Source: Microthyrium microscopicum (Eukaryota). From it: DNA of 64,000 bases. The position numbers and the translations under genes were made by a program. The notes under the pieces were generated by a model. It was not told where the DNA came from. It made no database searches and saw only the letters and a list, made by a program, of their open reading frames with translations. The number at the start of each line of letters is the position of its first letter. Position 1 is the stretch's first letter. Shown one piece after another: positions 1-12,197 of this stretch. The DNA is taken from contig MU004231.1 of the NCBI GenBank assembly GCA_010405405.1, forward strand, positions 546,153 through 610,152, in the 5' to 3' direction.

Positions 1-262
1 GACGTCGGTCCCAGCGCCGAGCCACTTCCGCTGTCACCCACTCCCCCGCTCCATCCGGCTTAGCGCTGTCGAACGGGATCTTCACTAGCCCCTGCAAGTG
101 CAAGCTGAGCGGGTTTATCGTGTCAGGCTTGGCAAGCGGAGTGGGTACTGGTAGGGGCTCGTTCCACGTCCCTCCTTCCAAAAACTGTAACCATTTTGAT
201 GCTTTATCTGTATTCGCAAACAACGCTTGCTCATCAGAGATTGTAAGCTCCAGTGGCTCCAT
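1..262 (-). CDS. 5' part of a hypothetical protein running off the left edge
   Basis: ATG at 262 opens a stop-free frame to the window edge (MEPLELTISDEQALFANTDKASKWLQFLEGGTWNEPLP...ARRWDRR). Divergent from the gene at 797. True start uncertain. Confidence 0.45.
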   Translation of the reverse strand, partial: MEPLELTISDEQALFANTDKASKWLQFLEGGTWNEPLPVPTPLAKPDTINPLSLHLQGLVKIPFDSAKPDGAGEWVTAEVARRWDRR

Positions 263-796
263 CTCGTGCTGTGTAATATCTGCTCCTGCCTTATTAGATA
301 AACAGTCCTACGCACTCATCTCCATTCGGCCGCAACTACTCCTCCAAGTAGAAGCACCGTAGGGGATTAACAGGATACAGCGGTGCAAACCAAAAGGTCT
401 TTCACAAGAGCCTTCGACAGGAAGACATCTTCAAGAGCTGGGCTTCATTCAAGGACTGAGAGAGAACGAACATGGAACTTACAATATAGTACAACGCTGA
501 CTTTTACTCTAAAGAAGAGTTCAATCGTGGATCAGTTGCGTAAGATCGCCGGCATTTTGAAAGCTACGCTGCAGTACTGTACAACTGGGCAGTGTCAATT
601 TTGAAGGCGGTGCGTGGACAGATTTATGGCCCAGACGACCAGAATATAAATACCTCAGCGGCCACTCTACATACAAGCCTGCAGTCTACCAAACTTTTCC
701 AACCCAGCACTGGCTGTATAGGTCTGGACTATCAAACTCCGGTACGACTGCACTGGACTGCCAAATTTCATTCTCCATCGGGATATTCCGTTCATC

Positions 797-2096
797 ATGG
801 CGCCAAAACTATTGAAAGCGAACTCCAAAGCAGAATCATCTATTGCGTCCAAGACCAAAGACGAGACAGTCGCTTGGCCAAAGCTACAGCCTATAATACC
901 ATCGACTTCTCTTGAGTTGACTGAGATCCTTCCTGATCAGATCTTCACCATCTCAAATCTCTGGTCTACGAAGCTTTGTAAACAATATGTCTCCTTTCTG
1001 TCCTCTCTGCCCCTTATGACCACTCCTGGCCGACCCAAGAAGGGTGAGGCTGTCCGAGTGAATGATCGGTTCCAAATAGACGACCCAGGATTCGCCGACC
1101 GGCTCTGGAATGAGACTGCTCTACAAGAGCTTGTTACTGGAAACGCTTCAGGGATGTCCAAAGAGCAGCAACAAGCTGTTTGGGGTGGACTAGTGGTAAG
1201 TCTTAAATAGTTCTGAGTTGCAGTGGGAGCAAATGAAGTGGACTGTGCCAGATGCTGGCTCTAGTTTGGGTGTCGCCAGGACCAGTGCAAATTACTGGAA
1301 AACCTAACCAGCACAAGGAGAAAAGGCGGTGTATAAAGAACACCTGTCTGGTCAGTTTCTGACTCTGTATGCCTCAGGCATTTGCTTGAAGCGAGATGCA
1401 ATACACATCAGTCTCAATGTGAGATGAGCAAAGCAGAAGAGGCTAATATGCTTTCATAGAGAATACTAATAACTTTACTACTGAGCGCGTTACACCAAGA
1501 GCATGGTTATGAACAGTTCACTTTTTTTGCTCTCTACTCTGATAACTGGCTCTGCGCTCTGACTGAGTGCCCTCGCAAGACTTTGGGACTAATGGCGAAA
1601 CCAGGTCGGACTGAACCCCAACATCCGCGTTTATCGGTATACGAAAGGACAGTTCTTTGGGCAGCATTGTAAGTCTATAGGATCTAATGCACCTCGCAGA
1701 CGAACACACAGTCCATACCCGCGCCGACCAGTCTTTCCACCTGCACTGCTGCACTACTTCGCCACCCTCTAGTTCGTTAGCTGACAGCTCCATCCAGATG
1801 ACGACAGCAATATCGTTACTATTGGCACTACTCGAGGCCATACTACCTGGACACTGTTACTCTACCTGACATCACCAGCTACCGGCTGCACCGGAGGCCA
1901 GACCGTCTTCTATCCGGAGGCAGATGAACCGAAAAAGGGGACCAAGACCAAAATCCAGCCGCAGCCGATAACAGTCGAGCTAGAAGTCGGCATGGCGTTA
2001 TTGCACAAGCATGGCTCAGATTGCCTACTTCATGAAGGCTTGGAAGTTACATCTGGCGAAAAATGGATCATCAGGAGTGATTTGGTCGTAATTTGA
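797..2096 (+). CDS. 2OG-Fe(II) oxygenase (prolyl-4-hydroxylase-like), 3 exons
   Basis: Exons 797-1195, 1605-1668, 1798-2096 splice in frame: ...RVNDRFQIDD...GLNPNIRVYRYTKGQFFGQHYDD...TLLLYL...GGQTVF...LLHEGLEVTSGEKWIIRSDL. This gives the HxD...H iron triad and the R-S 2OG-binding motif. Confidence 0.9.
1252..1410 (+). ncRNA. candidate intronic box H/ACA snoRNA
   Basis: Inside the 409-nt intron 1196-1604: a hairpin (tgctgg/ccagca, ttgggt/acctaa, ccagt/actgg), H-box-like AGAAAA at 1319-1324, further hairpins, then ACA at about 1403-1407. Confidence 0.45.
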
Positions 2097-2350
2097 GGAC
2101 TTGTACCACGGAGAAATGACCAGGAGAACTTTCAAGATTTGCAGAAATTGCGAGCCAGTCTTATTAGGCAAATTGTCAAGCAAATTGAGCGGCAAGGGAT
2201 AGAGTTTGCCTGGTTATTGATGTTTCCTGGAGTATACTCAAGTGCTCTATCAATTTACCGTCTCTCCTGCACTCAGGTGTAGCGTGGCCTCCCCCTAAGA
2301 AATTATACCTCCGCACCCGCGCTTTCCGACCTCCTGTTAGAACGAACCTC

Positions 2351-3174
2351 TCAAACACATATTCCCGGACATCCAAACTCTCCCTCCCTAATAACTCATT
2401 AGCGTTCATGCCCCGACGATGACCTACATCCAAACTCACCAAGGCTTGCACGAAGTCCGCGGATCATTCACACAGATCAAACCTATTATCCATTAGTCTA
2501 CCACTCAGCCAGCCAGTCCAGAAAAACTCACCGCCCGAGCACAGCTGATTCGACCGCCCACCACAAGCAACACGAGGCGGCACACAAATCGCATCTTGCG
2601 TCATCCCACGACTTCTCGGATCACCCACACAAACATTCCCGCCCATACAAGCGCCGTCCCAGCGATTTCCAGCACACTGGGCATACCGTGGTGAATTAGG
2701 ATTGTTTGCTGGTGCGCTGTTGACTGGTCTGTTACCACCTTGCTGTTGCTGTTGCTGGTTCGCTGGCTTGGGAGGTTGCTTATTTCCTTGCTGGGGCGGA
2801 AATCCGGCACCCCAGGTTAATGTAGCGCCCCAGGTTGCCAATGGTGGTCGCTCGCCTGATCGCGAAGGTGCGGGGGCTTGTGGTTGTTGTCTTTGCTGTT
2901 GTTGTTGTTGCTGTTGTTGTTCTTTGGGGGCTTGAGGGCCAGAATGGCCGCGTAGACTGTCGGTGACGCCGTGGACGATGCCGTTGGCGACACTGCCGAG
3001 GACTGCGCCGTTCACGAGACCACCGATCATGGCGGCGGGGCCGGCGAGGCCGAAGCGTTGGGGGTCGCGTTTTGAGATTGTGGGTTGGAGGTTGCTAGAG
3101 TCTTCTGTGGAGGCGGGGATGGAGGCCGTGGATGCGACGGACGCGAGGACGAGGAGAAGTTGGTGGGGATGCAT
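2351..3174 (-). CDS. secreted Gln/Pro/Asn-rich protein with Cys-rich C-terminal repeats
   Basis: Signal peptide MHPHQLLLVLASVASTA, Kex2-like KR, polyQ tracts. With introns 2483-2531 and 2388-2439 the C-terminus reads C.GG..CV.DPR....ICV twice and ends GEFGCPGICV*. Confidence 0.8.
2735..2921. repeat. CAA/CAG microsatellites encoding polyQ tracts
   Basis: tgttgttgc/tgctgttgc runs at about 2740-2760 and 2880-2920. Confidence 0.85.
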
Positions 3175-4557
3175 GATGGCGAAACGTTAGTTGGTTGCTG
3201 TGCTGTTAGTGAGATGGTGTTGACTCTCAAATCCAGAAACACATGTATGCAAAATCCAAACTCAAAGGAGTGTGTGTGTGATAATGATGTCTGAAAAAAG
3301 GAGGTATGCATTGTGATCTATCTATGGCTATAAGACTCATGTCGTAAAGCCCAGATTTCCAGGCTCTGTTGATCAAATACGATGCTCCTCTAGGCAATGC
3401 TTGCAAGCGTGCGTAGACTGATGTCAATCATAATAAACCATGTACCCGTTAGTGTTGACCTGCTTCATTTCAGGAACAGGCGAATGGCGCCCTGGCCATA
3501 TGTTTGCTCTCCACACCAGCGATGAGATGACTGGGCCACCCCTGATGTTACGATCTTCTTTTGATTGACTTGCCGATTTAATCTCGATCACTTTTCTGTA
3601 TATCTTCAAGTTGCTTTAACTGCTCGCTGCAGTTGACTGGTGTCAATAGACTGAACTTGCAACAATATACATGAGATCGTTTTGGATGTCAATGATCACC
3701 GAGCACTCTGCACTGCCGCCTCCATTGAATTTCTTTACTACCGCTGGAGTCTTTTTTCTTTACAAGCGATCTCAATTCCGATCGTCCACTTAGGTTTGCT
3801 ATCATCAAGTGAAGTTAGAAAGATGTGGGGCCGTGGTACGCCAATATAACAAGCATGAGCAAGGGCTTTTCCCGCTCTGGGGATATCTTGCGAATAGGTC
3901 TCCAGATCTCTATGAAAATTTGGATCCGTAAATCAAGTTCTAGATTACTATCAATTTAATGTTCGCTTCAGTATGTCGGTGATTCATGGAACTGATACGC
4001 TGGGCTTCACATGCATTGGTAAAACCGCTACCTTGGTCAGTCACAGGGAACTCATAACCTATCAGGCTATGGTTCGAGCTATAAATTGGTATGATTAGCT
4101 TCCTAAAAGGGTTCTATTGCTATCTCCTGATATTGACGAAACGAACGCCTTTGCCTATCAAGTTCTGGAACTATATCCAGGTTTGCCAGCTATCACAGGC
4201 AACGAACGATAGAGAATACCAAACCACTGGTGTTATACTACAATCCAACTATAGATATCAAACCGTCAAGCTTTAGGCTAATGCTAGATTTCAGCGGCCA
4301 AGACGTCGTAGCTTAGCTTACAACTAGAGTCTTGCCTTTCTGACGGTTCAGCAGAGCTGAAGCCATGATCGACTATTTCTGCGATCTAGTTGTTAATATC
4401 GGAAAAGGCCCTTGATCAATTATGCTACTTGTATTTTGTACTCGCAGTAGAGTAGATCAACCAATGGTCCATCGCCAATCGGCCCTTTTCCATACAAACA
4501 ATGCCTGTCAAACTATACTCTATACCGCAATCCCTGGCTCAAAATGCCTAGCACAGT

Positions 4558-6476
4558 TCAGACCTCTAGTTTCTCTCCCTTGGGCTCTATCACAACCGAT
4601 TGCTCCTCGTCATCCACCCGTTCTCTTGCAATCCTCCTAGCCTCCCGCGCCTCAGTGGCCTTTCTTCGGCCATCCAATTTGTCCTGATCTGCCTGCATCT
4701 GCGATATCAACGCACTACTCTTACGTATCCGTCCACCATACTTGTAAAACACAAACGGGATCGGAATCAGTGCAAACTCCAACGCACTCAACAGCGTACC
4801 CGCAATATTCGGCCCTAGCTTAGAGTACATCGCCGGCCCAGCCAGCGGCAACACACCGCCCAAGATGCTTCGTAGCACCGTGTTGCCAGCCAACGCACTC
4901 GCAGCATAGATCCCATAGCTGCGCGCAAGGTAGTTGCTGGCATATATGAATACAGCTGTGTTGCCAGCGCCAAATGGCACGCCGGCAATGATGGGCGCGA
5001 TCCAGTGCACGTTGGGCGTACATGTCCATGCAAAGATCATCTCGCCCACTGGCGCGCAGACGGCGGCGATGCAGACGACGGCGACCATGGCCTCGGGTGG
5101 AATGCGGCCGTTCTCGGGCTTGTGGGAGTTGATTAGGCGGCGGAAGAGAGGTTCGAGGGCGATGGTTAGGAAGGAACCGACGGCGATGCCTAGATAGGAG
5201 AGACCGACGAAGCCGGGGTTCCAGTGGCGGAGTTGGCCAAAGACGATGGGGTAGGCGACGAAGCAGAGATAGAGGATGGAGTAGATGACTGAGACGTAGA
5301 GGTTCCAGAAGATGCTGTTGACTTGAATTAGTACTGTGCTGATCAAGTATGCGATATCGTTTACCATATTGGCTCAGTGACGGCCATTATGAACGGTCGG
5401 CTGAGATTTATTTTCAGAAGTTGCCCAATTGACTTGCGGTCATCGTATCTTGACCACCATCTCGAGTCGCCAGTCTCCTTGCGCTTTTTGGCGGCTCTCT
5501 TACGCAAGAGGGTAGGTGCATATGTCTCTGGCAGACAACATACTGCTATGAGTGATATGCCTGCGAGGATAAGAACGACCCCTATGAAATTAGTATAAGC
5601 CATGTGAGAGTTGACTCAGACTCACAGTCGGTCCATCTCCATCCAAGATTCTCATACACAAATCCACCGATCAAAGGGCCAAAAGATGGAGCATTCAGTG
5701 GACCAATTGCAAACATACTGAATGCCAGTGCCCGATATTCCTCTATTCAAGTTAGAAATCAAGCATATTAAACCATAAATTGGCAGTGACTAACCTGGCA
5801 CAAGATCCGCAATTGTTCCCGGCGAGTTCGAAACCATAACACTACCAGCAAAAGCACCAAAGAATCGCGTAATTATGATGCCTTCCATATTATGGGCCAA
5901 CGCACAAGGAAGTATCAAAGCAGTGAACACAGCCATTGACGCAAGATATACCGGCCGCCGTCCATACATTTCACTCAGAGGAGCCAGAACAACGGCGCCA
6001 CAGGCCAGTCCGAGCAGATAGAAGGTGAGTCCAAGAACTGATATCGTCTGAGACACATGAAACTCTTTCATCATGCCAGGTATACCAGCGGTATATGAAG
6101 TCGAGTACAAAACGACTGTCAAGGTCGAAAATGTGATGATGAATATGGAAAGACATATTCTCCAAACTGGCCAATTCTTTGGATTACCTGGGTCATCATC
6201 ATCAAAGTCAACTTCAAAGTGGGGTTCTTGTGTATATGTTGTTCCAAGCGAAACTCCTGTGATTTGCTTGCTGAGACCAGCCTGATTGGCATGAGAAGTT
6301 CTGGACGCGACAACTTCAATCGGTTCGACGAATTCATCATATGTCTCGACCGCCACCCTTTCTGTCGAGTATTTTGAGCTTGTGGAGTTGGGCCGAGATG
6401 GTTTCTTGTCGTCCATGACTGGTGATCTTAACGAGGGAGTTGAAGGCGACGCGCCGATTTCTTTGCTTTCTATCAT
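4558..6476 (-). CDS. MFS transporter, DHA1 drug:H+ antiporter family
   Basis: DDPGNPKNWP motif, LSEMYGRRPVY loop, LPETYAPTLL, PPEAM and ASALAGNTVLRS across ORFs 5790-6557, 5361-5603 and 4558-5367, joined by short introns. Confidence 0.93.
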
Positions 6477-7536
6477 GATTGCGAATATTGAATCCGGGAA
6501 TAAGAACAGCAACACCAGATAAGTCCAGACTCCGAGCGAGGGAATAGAACTTGACAATTACCAAGGTTGTTCAGCGCATGGTTATGTTCTTTTCAAGATA
6601 TGAATTCTGTTTGCAAAGCAAAGCCCGAACGCTCAAATTGCGAATACAGCGAGCAGTCAAAGGAATACCGCCATTGTCATGTCTTATTGGAAGCTGAATA
6701 CAGTACTCGGTTTCCAACGGCGCAGAAAACCTCGAATCCACCTGCATCCAGGATAACACCGAATCAATTCCTTGCGGGGTTTCTGGTGGACTAGAGCAAC
6801 GCCACCGCCGGTTAGCCGCTTTAAGATCAAATGTCTGGCAGCTTTTGATGCATTTGATACTCCGAAGAAGGAAAAGGTTCTAATTACTAAACTGATAGCT
6901 AAAGATAGCTCTGATTTCACCATACTTATATCCATAAACTCTACATTGAAGACGCAACAACAGTCCAATCCAACGAAGCTTGTATGCTATGAATTCTGCG
7001 AGTGACTATAACTGGCAGGTATACGCGATTGATATGCGCTCAAGCTTGTACCAGCCGCCAACGCTTGATGCGTACGGGCCGTCTTTCCCGGGGAAACGTA
7101 TTAGACATATCTGACAAATGCTGCATGCATATCAGAAGGTTCAAAATGTGCCAGATGTCTTGGATGATGATAGGAATTGTTGGCTGCATTACCTTCAAGT
7201 GGCCAAGAAGAGTAATTGGTATAATTGATCGCTAGCAGTTAAAAAAATAGAGTTTCGATTAAGCAAGGTACAAACCATGCCGATCGAGGTGGATGTGAGA
7301 CAAGGGTAAGCCAATCAAAAACTCGTTCTTTCAAGGCTGAGATGAGTAAGATACAATATACATCGTGGGGTGCCCACTAGTACAACTGCTGACATCAGTC
7401 GTACACATCTGGGGAGGTATCGTCTTGAGTCGCTTAGGAAGAGTTCTAACCTTTCATTACTATTATACCACCATAAAACTGTCGTAGGAATCATTATACC
7501 CTCAAACCAAGTATGCTATGGCGCCTATCTATATTT

Positions 7537-8841
7537 CTACAATGCCTTTGTTGCTTTTGCAACCCATATACCACCAGTTTTATCTGGTTCCGCTTGCTCA
7601 CCAACGCAAGACGCCAAACGCTCAAATACGGGATCTTTGTCAAGTCGATCGAAATATCGTCGCGTCCACTCGCGTCCCTCTTCCTTCTCCCGCTTGCGTA
7701 GCTGTCGCTGGCTCTCTTCAATAATGGTCTTTTCGTGGCCAACCAAATCCATATCACCTTTCTTGACGCCTTCCGCAACTTTCTGCCATGCTCGTCTTGA
7801 TTCTAGAGGATCTTGTGAAGCAATATCTGCCACCACTGGCGTTGGATGTGGGACTGTTGCGGGGTCGTGGGAGGCCACTTCTTTCTTGTGAGAGTCAAGA
7901 ATGTGAAACGAGCCAGTCCATTGACCTTCAGCCGCATACAAAATCTTTTTGGGGCTATCTTTGTGCCAGGTGTTGGCAGTGAAGCTATTTTTGCTGCCCG
8001 AGAGCCAACCCTTGCCACTATAGCTGATCTTGGAGACGAAACCAGTAGACGAGACGACGTATGTGTGCTTGTCTAATTCAACATATGGAGAGCCAGATAC
8101 GAGACCTTCTATGTGTAAAGCCGGAAGAGTTATGAGGTATGATTCGTTTAGCTTGGGGAATTCCAATATTGCATGGCCAACTTGCTGTTGAAAATTAGCA
8201 GTGTTCTGGCAATATTTGTCATAAATTCATACCTTGATGGTAATGGCCAAAGTCTTCGAGACTGATGCTTTTTGTCCATTGTATCCAGTGAGTTTGACGG
8301 TTTTATCCGTATCCGTAATGTTGTAAGCTGTAACGGGAGGATGGTGGCTGAAAGCGTTAGAATTCATCGCATCGAAGAATTATTGGAGTCATACCTGACT
8401 TGCTCACTGGCCAATTCTAGCGCACTCTCTGTGCCTGCAATAGGCCACTTCGCCAAGAACAGCTCACCAAGGAAGGGATTCAATGGCTTCTTTTCGCTAC
8501 CCATCTTTTCATTGCGACTGCTGTACTGTTGCTTCAACGTACTTATGAACCATTTGAGAACCGCTACAGCTCTTTGCTCTGGATCTGATATCGACGCGGG
8601 CGCAACCAGGAGCGCTGGATCTGATACCCAGTATGCGGAGTACTCAGTTAATGACGTTGGGCTAAGTATGAACGGCGGGGCTGTAAGAGATGAGAGGTCC
8701 CCAGAGAATGATGATATCGACTGGAAGGAAGAGTTAGATCTGGTATGGCCAGGGCAATAATAGAGCTTTGCCAACCTTGATGAAGCCTGTCCAACTCGTA
8801 GATCCCGATTGAGGAGTGGTGGTACCTTCTCGACCGGCCAT
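7537..8841 (-). CDS. KES1: oxysterol-binding protein (Kes1/Osh4 family)
   Basis: [38 protein letters not shown] (split by an intron), [16 protein letters not shown] and ESRRAW motifs; 4 exons. Confidence 0.92.
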
Positions 8842-9431
8842 TGTGAAGCAAGTAATAAGTATGTTTTGGGGTCAATTGGTAAGACAGGGCGGTGTCGTAT
8901 TAGTCTGAGGGTAGTGATTTTTGAAAGCTGAGAAGATTTTAGAGACTTGATTTTAGGAGTTGGAAGAAATGGGGTTGAGATGAGGAACAAACAAACACGC
9001 GATGGGCGAAGCACATGGTGATCTCATCTGGGGAAAGCCTTGGCAGGGTCTACCCTTGACGTAACCTGTAGGCAATCCTGGAAGGATCCGATCGTACTTC
9101 GTTTCCGGATACCGTACTCTTGCAATCCGAGTCGGAAAAAGCACTGTGAGCATTTCTTCTTCGCTTCTTCATCATCATCTTCTTCTTCCGCTCAGTCCCT
9201 TGCCTTCTAATTCCCTGGGCTCCATTGGATCTGTTGACCGGTTTGCAAGGCCGGAAAACTTTCACAATATGCTCTAAAAGCAAGATACGCGCTTTAGCCG
9301 GACCTTTGGATCGTATTCTTTCTCAGCCTAGTGATCTAATGGCGAATAGTGCAGTGTCTTGTAGACTGCGCCTCTTCTCAACACGTAGCAATCACCTAGC
9401 AGATAAAGGCTAACGCGTCATAGCTCTATCA

Positions 9432-11409
9432 ATGTCTTCGCATTTGCTGTACACTCAACTAGATGAGTCGCGCTGCGAGATCCGCCTGCTACGAATCCTT
9501 TCCGACAGATTGGATAGCGCTGTAGAATGCAAGTGGGACATCGTATCACTTCAGGATAAGCCCAAGTTTACCGCTCTTTTTTTACGTATGGGGCGACGCT
9601 CAAGTTACAGAAGACATCCTCGCCAACGGTTGCACAGTATCCGTCACCAAGAATCTTGCGGCAGCACTTCGCTATGCCAGAGGGCACTGGCAGACCGCAT
9701 ACCCAGGCCGTGATCCTGGCGAGTTTCGAATTTGGGCCGATGCTTTATCCATAAATCAAGATAATTTGGACGAACGCAGCAGTCAGGTGCAACTCATGCG
9801 CTCAATATATTCCGATGCGGAGCTGATGATAGCCTGGTTGGGTAGTGGACTCGAAGGCATAGATAGCGCACTTGAGAAGCTCACTATTATCGCCGAGGAA
9901 ACGGAGCAACAAGTCAATCAAGTCAGCATTGGCTGGTTCTCAAAGTATCCTTCTTGGTTTATCAAAGATGATGACGCGGTTCGAATGTGGACTGCGTTTT
10001 GGAACTTCTCAGAATTGGATTATTGGAGGCGAATATGGATCTTTCAAGAATTGCTCCTGGGAACGAACATTCTTTTTGCTCATGGCACCACAAACGCACC
10101 CCACCGGAAACTTTTTCAGGCTTCCGACTGGCTTCGCAGAATGATCAAAGCTAATGATGCTGGACTACTCCGTGTGCCTGAAATTTATACCGATCTTTTC
10201 ACTCTGACAGGTTGGTTTCAGCTTGACAGAATTGCTGAAGCTCGCAAACGTATGCAACCGCTCAGAGTGCTTCCTACCAGCGATATTGAGTATTTGTATC
10301 AACGATTCGGTGATCTAGTCGCTACTGATCCTAGGGATCACGTTTATGCTCTTCTAGGATTCCTCGAAACTGATATCATACCAGACTACAAATTATCCGT
10401 TGAAGAAGTTCTTCGCAGCTACATCGATCTCTATGTACGAACCACAAAGTCGCTCGTGTTTCTGCATAGCGCGGGATTTGGTAGATTCGATAGTGTGCCG
10501 AATGATTCGCTTCCTAGTTGGGTACCAGACTTTGCGAAATGCTCTGAATATGCACGATCCTCACGAGGATCCCAATTTGGCGCAGCTCTGATATCATTCG
10601 ATCATGGACGCGCTGACAAAAACTTGTTCAACGATTGTCCAGATCTGCCACAAAAGCATGGGACCCGATTGCAATCTGCTGCGCTTTTCGTTGCCAGAAT
10701 TCAGACAATGCACCACTCTCTTCCGGAGATGTCATATCTAGACGGCACTTTGTACAAATTTGTCTGTGACATGGTCAAATGCTATAAGCTGGAACACAGT
10801 AACTCAACTCGCAGCGATTCGAATCCCAGCAAGGTGCATCATCCTCTTTCCCAAATCTTTTGGGCATTAGTGTCGAATCTGGTTACAGAATCGGAACATG
10901 GGGCTATCCCGCACGCCATTGCATTCTTGATGATTCTTCTTATTCACCCACGAGCCAATGGCCACTGCGAGACAGATGAAGACTTACTTCAAGTTTTGGA
11001 GCTGGATTTGGGACTGTCGACAGAAAATGGTGTACCATTGGCAATACTCAACGCCTTTAGCTTCCTTGATACACCAGGGAACGTTGAGTATGTTAAAAAG
11101 CTCGTAGATGAACAAGGATATCTTGGGCACCCGCATACGATGGTTCTGAAAGGACTCTGGGCAACTCAGGTCCTGTTTCGTTTTGCAAGTCTAAGCATCG
11201 GTCGCCTTGCTTTGGTTCCCCAATACTCGCAAGCAGGAGATATTCTCGCAATTTTGAAAGGGTGCGGTGTACCGATTATCCTTCGTGAGAAAGGAGATGA
11301 CTATTTTGTAGTCGGGATTTGTTTCATGTACGGGTTGATGTATGGTGAAGCTGGTTTGACGGATCTATCACAACGACAAGACTGCTTCAAGGTCATAGAT
11401 CTGGTATGA
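9432..11409 (+). pseudogene. HET-domain (heterokaryon incompatibility, HET-6-like) gene with a +1 frameshift
   Basis: EIRLLRI...KFTAL, then a T7 run at 9577-9583. The next frame reads YVWGD...TKNLAAALR...IWADALSINQDNLDERSSQVQLMRSIY...YWRRIWIFQE...ATDPRDHVYALLG...LPSWVPD...GDILAILKGCGVPIILR...VVGICFMYGLMYGE. Confidence 0.85.
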
Positions 11410-12197
11410 AGATGAACCACCGGACACAATAATGGAAGCGCCCTCACACTTTCTTGTTGCTGTTCCAAGCTATCTTTTTCCATCGCTTGAAGCATTATAC
11501 AGAGTTTTCGAGGAAGCCATTCGCGAATGATATCAGTCGAAGGAATTTACCTCCTGTGCATTTCGAGTCCGCACTGGTGCTTGCAGTCTCCTCAGCCTTA
11601 TACACACCCATCTAAGAATTTTGCCAGGCCAAACTCACTCCTTTTTACACAACAGTTCCTTGCTGATATTGCCCCAGAACCATTGACCAATCAATTGCTC
11701 GGGCTTTTATTCTTTATACATCGCCAACCGAAACCTAGCAGAATTTGATATTATTGGCCCTAACTTCATATAGATTTGACGTGCCTGATTCGCCACGTAT
11801 TCGAAGAATATTAGGAAAGAGCTGGGAAAGGGAAAGCCAAAGTAACACGCATCTCGTGAATGGGAGTAGTAACTGTATTGGTTACACATGGTGCTTTTCC
11901 TATGCCACGGCCGTAATCAATTTGAGCCCTTGCCCAGTTAACTGACTCGATGCGCGCGTATCATCTGCGACCGAGGTCGTGCTCTGGAGTTACTCCAGAT
12001 AAATCGCATAGGTAAAATTTCACATGACGGATCTACGATGATAATATCTTCAATTACTTTCCTGAATATTGGTTGAAGATCATTTGGTTTTCTTCTTGTC
12101 AAAGCATATGCATGTCATTCCCAGTTTTATTTGTCGCATAAGTTTCTTGGTACTTTCTGTTTGAACTACTCGTTCCCATACTTGAACTTTTCCAAAC

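Noticed and set aside
1480..1530. TPP riboswitch in the long intron (ctgag...acc)
   Set aside because: Lacks the conserved GAACYTGATC.GG.TAATACC.GCG core, and the host is not a thiamine gene.
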